Source: a candidate division WOR-3 bacterium
GTDB taxonomy: Bacteria > Hydrothermota > Hydrothermia > WGAB01
Direction: 5' to 3'
DNA length: 63,483 nucleotides
Assembly (NCBI GenBank): GCA_027069855.1
Contig: JALXEF010000069.1
Location: 1-63,483 of the forward strand
The notes below the pieces were generated by a model. That model saw nothing but the letters and a program-made list of their open reading frames with translations. It was not told where the DNA came from and ran no database searches. Both the position numbers and the translations under genes were made by a program. Below are positions 56,725 through 63,483 of the stretch, piece after piece. Each line of letters starts with the position of its first letter. The first letter of the stretch is position 1.

Positions 56725-59700
56725 TCACACCCCGGAAGCCGTCAGCCGCCTGAGGTCCAGGAGCACCCGCACCCGGTTCTCCCCCACCAATTTCTGCAAC
56801 GCCTGAAGCACCTTCGGCGTAGGCATCAGGCGGGCGTTGCCCGAGCGGTAGGTGCCCATGCCGGGAATGGAAAAGTACAGCGGCACCGAGCCCCGATGCT
56901 GCTGCACGAGATCCAGAAGCGGCGGAATCAGGGATTCCACCTGGTCCAGGTCCACCTCCAGCCGCAGGCCCACGGCCAGGCGCGAAAGTGCGGCCTCCAG
57001 GGGTTCCAGGTGCTGGACCCGGATCCGGGCCCCCTTGGTGTCCTGGTCGCCGGAAAGCCGGCCCTGGAGCAGATAGACCAGCCCCTCGCGGGGCGGCGCT
57101 CCCCGGTTGCCGTTGTTGAAATCCACGGCCTCAAACTCCCCCTCCAGGTCCTCAAACACCAGCACTGTGTAGGGCCGTTTCTGGCGCGAGGTCTTCTGCT
57201 GCACCTTCACCAGGATGCCGGCCATCAGCACCTGCTCCAGTTCGGTTTCCTCCAGGTCTCCGGAGGTCTGGAGGTCCAGGGCCTGGAGCAGCGGCCTATA
57301 GGGATCCAGCGGGTGCCCGGTGAGGTAAAAACCCAGGGCCTCCTTTTCCATCTTCAGGCGGTCCTGGAGGCCGAAGGGCGGCTTGTCTTCAACCCTCTGG
57401 GCGGCAGAGCCGTCGAAGAGGCCGGGCATGGCGGCCACCTGCGTGCCCCGGCCGCCCCGATCCTCCAGTTTCTTCAGCAGATAGGCCCGGTTGGGCTCCA
57501 GTTTGTCAAAGGCTCCGGCCTTGATCAACTGTTCCACCACCTTCTTGTTGGCGGCGCGCCGCGGCGCCCGCTGCAGGAAGTCCTCAAAGGATTCAAAGGG
57601 CCGCAGTTGCCGCACCTTCAGAATCTCGTCCACCGCACTCCGGCCCACGCCCTTGATGGCACCCAGGCCGAACAGGATGTCTCCGGTTTCCAGCAGCCGA
57701 AACCGGTACTCGCTCTCGTTGATGTCCGGCGGCAGCACCCGCAGCCCCTCCCGCCGCAGCGCCCGGATCAGCCGGTCAATCTTCTTCTGGCTGTCGTTGG
57801 CGTGCATCTCGGCCGACAGGTTGGCCGTGGCGAACTCGGGCAGGTAATGGGCCTTCAGGTAGGCGGTCCAGTAGGAGATCACCGCATAGCCGGCGGCGTG
57901 GCTCTTGTTGAAACCGTACTCGGCGAAGGGAATGATGTAATCAATGAGTTGCTGGGCCGTTTTTCGGTCCACCCCCCGTTGTACCGCGCCCTCCACGAAC
58001 CGCTCAATCTGCTCGCGCATGACCTCCATCTTCTTTTTGCCCATGGCGCGGCGCAGGATGTCGGCCTGGCCCAGGCTGAAGCCGGCCACCTTTTCGGCGA
58101 TCTGCATCACCTGCTCCTGATACACGATGATGCCGTAGGTCTCCTTCAGGATGTCTTCCAGTTCAGGCAGCAGGTACTCCACCTTTTCGCGGCCGTGTTT
58201 CCGCCGCACATAGCGGGTGACCATACCCGACTTCAGCGGGCCCGGGCGGTACAGCGCCAGGATGGCGATCAGTTCCTCAGTGTTGGAGGGCTGCACCGAC
58301 CGCACCAGGTCGGTCATGCCCCGGCCTTCCAGCTGGAACACGCCCCAGGTGTTGCCCCGGCTCAAAAGTTCATAGGTTTTGGGGTCGTCCAGGGGCACCT
58401 GGTCCAGCGAGAACTCGGGATTGCGGCGACGAACCATCTCCTCGGCCCACTGGAGGATGGTAAGAGTGCGCAGCCCCAGGAGGTCCACCTTCAAAAGCCC
58501 CAGGTCTTCCAGCGACTTCATGTCAAACTGGGTGGACACGGTGCCGTCGGGGTTCTTATAAAGGGGCACATGGTTCCAGATCTCGCCCGGGGTGATCACC
58601 ACACCGGCGGCATGGGTGGATACATTGCGTACATGGCCCTCCAGGCGCATGGCCAGGTCGCGGAGTTTGGCATACTTCGGGTCGTTCAGCACCCGCTGCA
58701 GCTGGGGCTCGCGTTCCAGGGCCTCGGCCAGGGTTTTGGCCTCCGCAGGCACCAGTTTGGCGATGCGGTCCACCTCGGCATAGGGCATGCCCAGCACCCG
58801 GCCCACATCGCGGATGGCCGAGCGGGGCAGCATCCGGCCGAAGGTGATGATCTGGGCCACATTGTTCTCGCCGTACTTTTTGCGCACATAGTCAATCACC
58901 TGGTCGCGGCTGAGGTCGGCCACATCAATGTCCACATCCGGCGGCGACACCCGCTCCGGGTTCAGAAACCGCTCAAACAGGAGGCCGTACTTGAGGGGAT
59001 CCAGCTGGGTGACCCCGATGCTGTAGAGCACGAGCGACCCCACGGCCGAGCCGCGGCCGGGCCCCACCGGGATCCCCATTTCCCGGGCCTGGCGCACGAT
59101 GTCCCAGATGATCAGGAAGTAGCTGGAGAACCCCATGTTCCGGATCACCGAGAGTTCGTGGTCCAGGCGGCGCTGATATTCAGGGGGCACGGGCCGGCCC
59201 ACCCGTCGCTCCAGTCCCTCCCGGGCCAGGTGGGCCAGGTAGGCATCGGCGTTTTCAAACCCCTCGGGCAGGGGGAAATGGGGGAACTTCACCCGGGTTT
59301 TGTCCAGGGTCAGCTGGAGTTCCACCCGTTCGGCGATTTCCATGGTGTTGCGGAGGGCCTCGGGGTAGTCCTTAAACCGCTCGGCCATCTCCTCGGGCGA
59401 CCGCAGATAGAGGTCCAGGTGCGCCAGGTTCAGCGCCCGTTCCTCGTTGAGTTTCCGGCCGGTCTGGATGGCCAGCAGCGCGTCCTGCACCTCCCGATCC
59501 TCGGGATCCAGGTAGTGCACATCGTTGGTGGCCACGAGTTTGAGGTTCAGTTTCCGGGCCAGATCCACGAGGCCGGGGTTCACCTTCTCCTGGTCCTCGG
59601 CCCCCAGGTCCATGAGTTCCACATAGAAGTTCTCGCGGCCGAAGATTTCCAGGAGTTCATGGGCCCAGCGTTCTGCCTCGTCGCGGTTGCCCTCCAGGAG

Positions 59701-60141
59701 TTTCTGGGCCAGCGGCCCCTTGAGGCAGCCCGAAAGGGCGATGAGGCCCCCGGCGTGGGCGCGCAGCAGGTCCAGGTCCATGCGCGGCTTGTAGTAAAAG
59801 CCCCGCAGATAGGCCTGGCTGCTCAGGTACATGAGGTTGCGCAGGCCCTCTTCGTTCTGCACCAGCAGCGTGAGGTGGTAATAGCGGCCGGCTTTGCCGT
59901 CCCTGGGCTTTTCGTCCATTTTTCCGCCCACAAGATAGGCTTCCATGCCCAGGATGGGCTTGATTCCGTAGGCGGTGGCCGCCTTGTAGAATTCCACGGC
60001 ACCAAACAGGTTGCCGTGGTCGGTGAGGGCTACGGCCTTCATGCCCAATTCGGCAACCCGACGAACCAGATCGGGAATCCGGGAAACGCCGTCCAGCAGA
60101 CTGTACTCGGAGTGCACATGCAGGTGGACAAATTCAGGCAT
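56725..60141 (-). CDS. dnaE: DNA polymerase III alpha subunit
   Basis: 1138 aa with the PHP N-terminus FVHLHVHSEYSLLDG and the polymerase core PDVDIDV. Confidence 0.95.
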   Translation of the reverse strand: MPEFVHLHVHSEYSLLDGVSRIPDLVRRVAELGMKAVALTDHGNLFGAVEFYKAATAYGIKPILGMEAYLVGGKMDEKPRDGKAGRYYHLTLLVQNEEGLRNLMYLSSQAYLRGFYYKPRMDLDLLRAHAGGLIALSGCLKGPLAQKLLEGNRDEAERWAHELLEIFGRENFYVELMDLGAEDQEKVNPGLVDLARKLNLKLVATNDVHYLDPEDREVQDALLAIQTGRKLNEERALNLAHLDLYLRSPEEMAERFKDYPEALRNTMEIAERVELQLTLDKTRVKFPHFPLPEGFENADAYLAHLAREGLERRVGRPVPPEYQRRLDHELSVIRNMGFSSYFLIIWDIVRQAREMGIPVGPGRGSAVGSLVLYSIGVTQLDPLKYGLLFERFLNPERVSPPDVDIDVADLSRDQVIDYVRKKYGENNVAQIITFGRMLPRSAIRDVGRVLGMPYAEVDRIAKLVPAEAKTLAEALEREPQLQRVLNDPKYAKLRDLAMRLEGHVRNVSTHAAGVVITPGEIWNHVPLYKNPDGTVSTQFDMKSLEDLGLLKVDLLGLRTLTILQWAEEMVRRRNPEFSLDQVPLDDPKTYELLSRGNTWGVFQLEGRGMTDLVRSVQPSNTEELIAILALYRPGPLKSGMVTRYVRRKHGREKVEYLLPELEDILKETYGIIVYQEQVMQIAEKVAGFSLGQADILRRAMGKKKMEVMREQIERFVEGAVQRGVDRKTAQQLIDYIIPFAEYGFNKSHAAGYAVISYWTAYLKAHYLPEFATANLSAEMHANDSQKKIDRLIRALRREGLRVLPPDINESEYRFRLLETGDILFGLGAIKGVGRSAVDEILKVRQLRPFESFEDFLQRAPRRAANKKVVEQLIKAGAFDKLEPNRAYLLKKLEDRGGRGTQVAAMPGLFDGSAAQRVEDKPPFGLQDRLKMEKEALGFYLTGHPLDPYRPLLQALDLQTSGDLEETELEQVLMAGILVKVQQKTSRQKRPYTVLVFEDLEGEFEAVDFNNGNRGAPPREGLVYLLQGRLSGDQDTKGARIRVQHLEPLEAALSRLAVGLRLEVDLDQVESLIPPLLDLVQQHRGSVPLYFSIPGMGTYRSGNARLMPTPKVLQALQKLVGENRVRVLLDLRRLTASGV

Positions 60142-60186
60142 GGCGAAATTATACCCCTGGGCCGGGAACGCCTGGCGTATCGGGGA

Positions 60187-60990
60187 TCAGGACAGCAGGT
60201 TCCGCGCCCCCCACACCGCCGCAAAGAGCACGGCGGCCAGCAACACAATGGTGGCACCAGAGGGGGTGTTGAGCCAGTACGACAGGAAGATGCCGCCCAC
60301 GCTGGCCACCAGGCCGAACAGCACGGCCAGCACCTGCATTTGCCGAAAATCCTGGGCCAGTTGCTGGGCCGTGGCCGCCGGGATCACCAGCAGCGCCGAC
60401 ACCAGAATGATGCCCACCACCTTCAGGGAAAGCACCACGGTGAGCACCAGCAAAAGGATGAAGAGCAGGTTCAGGCCCGACACCCAGAAGCCCTGCACCC
60501 GCGTGTATTCCGGATCAAAGGTCAGGGCCAGGAACTCCTTGTAAAACAGGAACAGGGTGCCCAGCACGGCCAGCACCATGCCGCCGGACACCCAGAGGTC
60601 TTCGGTGGTGACGGCCAGCACATTGCCAAACAGGTAGGAAAACAGGTCCAGGGTGTACCCGTGGATGAAGCCCAGCAACAGTACGCCGAAGGCCATGGTG
60701 CTGGCGAAGAAGATGCCGATGGCCGTGTCCTCCTTGAGTTTGCCCTTTTCGGTGAGCCCGGCGATGGCCACCCCCACGGCCAGGGCGAAGCCCACGGCCG
60801 TGGCCACCGGGTTCCAGCCCAGGAGCAGGCCCAGGGCCACACCGCCGAAACTGGAATGGGCGATGCCCGCGCCGATAAAGGCCAGCCCCCGCAGCACCAC
60901 ATAGGTGCCGATGAGGGCGGTCACCGTGCCGATGAGTACGGCCGCCACCAGAGCCCGTTGCATAAACCCGTACTGGAGCACCTCAAGCAT
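60187..60990 (-). CDS. znuB: Metal (Zn/Mn) ABC transporter permease
   Basis: Starts MLEVLQYGFMQRALVAAVLIG. Polytopic protein of about 267 aa with an 8-nt overlap with the ATPase gene. Confidence 0.85.
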   Translation of the reverse strand: MLEVLQYGFMQRALVAAVLIGTVTALIGTYVVLRGLAFIGAGIAHSSFGGVALGLLLGWNPVATAVGFALAVGVAIAGLTEKGKLKEDTAIGIFFASTMAFGVLLLGFIHGYTLDLFSYLFGNVLAVTTEDLWVSGGMVLAVLGTLFLFYKEFLALTFDPEYTRVQGFWVSGLNLLFILLLVLTVVLSLKVVGIILVSALLVIPAATAQQLAQDFRQMQVLAVLFGLVASVGGIFLSYWLNTPSGATIVLLAAVLFAAVWGARNLLS

Positions 60991-61813
60991 CCGAAGATTC
61001 CTCCGTTTTCGGGCGGTGTTGCTTTTTCTCGTGGGAATGCGGGGGAACCAGCATGTGGGGCACGGGGCTGTGGCCGAACACCAGGGCTTCCCGGCCGTAC
61101 ATGCACTCCAGGGTCGCCTGGTCCAGCACCTCCTGGGGCCGCCCGTGGGTGACAAGCTCGCCGGCCAGGCAGGCCACGGTATCCACCCGTTCGGCCACCA
61201 CGCCCACATCGTGGGACACCAGGATGATGGTCAGGTTCAACTCCTGCTGGAGCTGGTCCAGGAGTTCGTACAGGCCCTCGGCCATGGCGGTGTCCAGGCT
61301 GGTGGTGGGTTCGTCCAGCACCAGGAGTTCGGGTTCCGAGGCCAGGGCCCGGGCGATGAACACGCGTTGCCGCTGGCCGCCGGACAGGGCCCGAAGCCGG
61401 CGGCGTGCCAGATCCTGAATACCCATCAGGGCCAGGGCCCGTTCCACGGCCCGGTGGTCCTCCGGCCCGGGGCGCCGCAGATAGCCGAGCCGGCCGTAGC
61501 GGCCCATCATCACCACATCGTACACGCGGATGGGAAAATCCAGGTCAATCTCAGCCAGCTGGGGCACATAGCCTATGCGGCTGCGCTCGGCCCGGCTCAG
61601 GTGCCAGGGCGGCTTGCCGAACACCCGCACCTCGCCCTGGCTGGGCCGGATCAGGCCCAGCAGGATGCGCAGCAGAGTGGTTTTGCCGGCCCCGTTGGGG
61701 CCCAGCAGGGCCAGGTACTCGCCCCGCTTCACCGAAAAGGTGATGTTGCGGAGGATCTCCTGTCCCTCCACCCGGTACCCCACGCCCCGGAACTCCACAA
61801 TGACTTCAGCCAT
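60983..61813 (-). CDS. znuC: Metal (Zn/Mn) ABC transporter ATP-binding protein
   Basis: Walker A GPNGAGKTTLL, signature LSGGQRQR and Walker B LLVLDEP. Confidence 0.9.
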   Translation of the reverse strand: MAEVIVEFRGVGYRVEGQEILRNITFSVKRGEYLALLGPNGAGKTTLLRILLGLIRPSQGEVRVFGKPPWHLSRAERSRIGYVPQLAEIDLDFPIRVYDVVMMGRYGRLGYLRRPGPEDHRAVERALALMGIQDLARRRLRALSGGQRQRVFIARALASEPELLVLDEPTTSLDTAMAEGLYELLDQLQQELNLTIILVSHDVGVVAERVDTVACLAGELVTHGRPQEVLDQATLECMYGREALVFGHSPVPHMLVPPHSHEKKQHRPKTEESSDA

Positions 61814-62729
61814 GGTCCGCCTCTTTTCCGGCCGTGGTGTCCGCAGGTTCGGGCGAGCCCTCGCCGGCCAGGGCCTTCCACAGGGTTTCCAGGTTGTAGG
61901 CCAAAAGGTCCAGGTAATCAGTGTGGCCGGTGGCGACCCCCAGGGGATCCAGGCGCACGATGCGGGCACCGGTTTCGCGGGCCAGCACCCAGGCGGCCTT
62001 TTCCGGCAACTGGGGTTCCACCACGATCACCCGGATCCCGCGCTGCCGCATCACCCGCAGAATCTCGGCCACCTGCCGGGCCGAGGGCTCCTCGCCGGGC
62101 TTATGCTGCAACACCGCCGCCTGGTCCAGGCCGTAATCGCGGGCCAGGTACACCCAGGCGGCGTGGGTGGCCACGAAGGCCCGCTGCTGCAGCCGACTGA
62201 ACCGCTCGCGGTACACGGCGTCCAGGGAGTCCAGGGCCCGGATCACCGCCTGGGCCCGGGTCCGGTAGAGGTCGGCGTGCGACGGATCCGTGCGGGCCAG
62301 GGCCTCGGCCAGGTTCTGCACCATCCTGCGGCCGTTGCGGGGAGAAAGCCACACATGGGGGTTGGAATCCGGTGTGGGCGTGATTCCCCGGGCAAGGTAC
62401 ACCACGGCCTCGGGCGGCACCCCGGCGCTCTTCAGGAGCCGCTCCCCCCAGGGGTGTTCCAGCCCCAGGCCCACAAACACCACGAGCCGGGCGTGCTGCA
62501 GCATTTCCACATCCTGGGGACGGGGTTCAAAGGTGTGGGGACTCACGCCCGGGGGCACCAGCACCGACACCGACACCCGGCCGTCGCCCACCCGTTCCGC
62601 CAGGCTCTTCAGGGGCAGGATGCTGACCACCACCTGTGGTTTTCCGGCCGTCTGGTTCCGGGCCGGGCGCCGGCAACCGCCCACGACGCCCAGAGCGAGC
62701 ACCAGCACCAGCAGCAGGCCCCGTTTCAT
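61806..62729 (-). CDS. znuA: Metal-binding lipoprotein, ZnuA/TroA family
   Basis: ATG 62729. Lipobox MKRGLLLVLVLALGVVGGC. Cluster-9 SBP character (VSILPLKSLAERVG, SPHTFEP). Metal specificity cannot be determined from the sequence. Confidence 0.8.
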   Translation of the reverse strand: MKRGLLLVLVLALGVVGGCRRPARNQTAGKPQVVVSILPLKSLAERVGDGRVSVSVLVPPGVSPHTFEPRPQDVEMLQHARLVVFVGLGLEHPWGERLLKSAGVPPEAVVYLARGITPTPDSNPHVWLSPRNGRRMVQNLAEALARTDPSHADLYRTRAQAVIRALDSLDAVYRERFSRLQQRAFVATHAAWVYLARDYGLDQAAVLQHKPGEEPSARQVAEILRVMRQRGIRVIVVEPQLPEKAAWVLARETGARIVRLDPLGVATGHTDYLDLLAYNLETLWKALAGEGSPEPADTTAGKEADHG

Positions 62730-63184
62730 TCCGCACCTCCCTGCATCTCCTGCCAGCAGGTTTCGCAATAGCCGAAGAACTGCAAAAGATGGCCCTGGAT
62801 ATGGAACCCGGTTTGGGACTCCAGGTGGGCCTTGAGGGAGCCCAGGGAGTTGTCGCCGGCGAAGTTCTGCACGCGGAAGCAGCGGAGGCACACCAGCGGG
62901 TGCACATGGCCCGGCGGCGTGGGATAGTAGCGATGGCACTCGCCGGCATGCACCTTCTGCACGAAGCCGAGGTTTTCCAGGATTTCCAGGGTGCGGTACA
63001 CCGTGGCCATGCCGATGCGCGGATGGTACCGGGTCGCCCTCTGGTACACCTCGTGCACCTGCAGGGCGCGATCGGTCCCGAGCATCACCCGTACCACAGC
63101 CTCCCGGGCCGGCGTGCGTCGCCACCCGTGGTGCGCCATACGCTCCAGCACTTCCTCAAGATTGAGATTGATACTCATTCTCAT
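62726..63184 (-). CDS. zur: Fur-family metalloregulator (Zur-like by context)
   Basis: Winged helix (ATVYRTLEILENLGFV) plus CLRC and CETC zinc-site pairs. It is the first gene of the znu operon. Start is ATG 63184 or 63178. Confidence 0.8.
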   Translation of the reverse strand: MRMSINLNLEEVLERMAHHGWRRTPAREAVVRVMLGTDRALQVHEVYQRATRYHPRIGMATVYRTLEILENLGFVQKVHAGECHRYYPTPPGHVHPLVCLRCFRVQNFAGDNSLGSLKAHLESQTGFHIQGHLLQFFGYCETCWQEMQGGAE

Positions 63185-63188
63185 TCTC
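63170..63188 (-). promoter_or_regulatory. Fur-box-like hexamer array overlapping the zur start codon
   Basis: The minus strand reads GAGAATGAGAATGAGTATC, compared with the classic Fur box GATAATGATAATCATTATC (15 of 19 positions by hand count). Confidence 0.3.
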
Positions 63189-63402
63189 AGGATACAGCCT
63201 CCCCCTGCAAAAAACAAGGGCAAAGCACCCGACCAGCGGATAGGAGGAGGTTCTCGGAGGAACCCGTCGCTCTATGGTCCTCTGCTTTACGGTGTCTTTC
63301 ACCGGGCTGAAAGAGATGCCTGGAGCGCGGCACCCAGTGCCGCTCTGGAATTCACCCTGTCAAGTCCTGAAATACGTTTACACCGAAAGGGGGGAACTCG
63401 GG

Positions 63403-63483
63403 TCATTGGGTCTTCCTCCTGCCCATTGGAACGCTGACTCCGGCTACCTCTACCTCCCCCTCGTACACCTCCACCGGGGTCGC
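63403..63483 (-). CDS. 3' end of an unidentified gene entering from beyond the window
   Basis: Manual translation gives ...ATPVEVYEGEVEVAGVSVPMGRRKTQ* in an open frame at the window edge. The fragment is too short to identify. Confidence 0.3.
   Translation of the reverse strand, partial: ATPVEVYEGEVEVAGVSVPMGRRKTQ

Noticed and set aside
56896-61152. 1418-aa ORF on the plus strand
   Set aside because: It is entirely antisense to dnaE and znuB/znuC, whose products have unmistakable motifs. The translation is low-complexity (G/H/Q/P/A-rich), which is typical of stop-codon-poor antisense frames in ~70% GC DNA.

Overview
This is a high-GC (about 65-70% by spot counts), tightly packed bacterial chromosomal segment with many 4-nt gene overlaps and strong AGGAGG Shine-Dalgarno sites. 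Most of it is housekeeping: ybeY-HD/7TM-phoH, serC-like/serA/DUF1015, cysS, tyrS, ptsN, mreD-like/mrdA/rodA, plsY, dnaE, tpx, a ClC channel, a nuoHJKLMN membrane-arm cluster, zur-znuACB, tRNA-Ser(CGA) and tRNA-Ala(UGC). Three regions differ in composition and content. (1) At about 3.4-6.1 kb lies a ~35% GC single-gene island encoding a right-handed beta-helix (pectate-lyase-3/tailspike-like) protein. It is bracketed by two diverged ~180-210 bp noncoding direct repeats. (2) At about 9.3-26.5 kb lies a same-strand supercluster: exbB-exbD-exbD-tonB, a CarboxypepD_reg-type TonB-dependent receptor, four secreted proteins with T9SS-type C-terminal sorting domains (one an S8 protease, one a BNR/Asp-box protein), an embedded PorV/PorQ-like barrel and a TPR-like lipoprotein. 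Parts of it are only ~48% GC. (3) At about 54.4-56.4 kb, next to tRNA-Ala, lies an XRE-HTH/ImmA-IrrE (M78) fusion gene with an overlapping PIN (DUF3368-like) gene, its own promoter and an inverted-repeat operator. The T9SS-type CTDs and a DUF3098-like protein suggest an FCB-group-like lineage, but the strong SD usage is unlike classical Bacteroidia, so no taxon can be assigned from the sequence alone. No CRISPR array, integrase, transposase or rRNA was seen. Long ORFs antisense to real genes are treated as high-GC artefacts.
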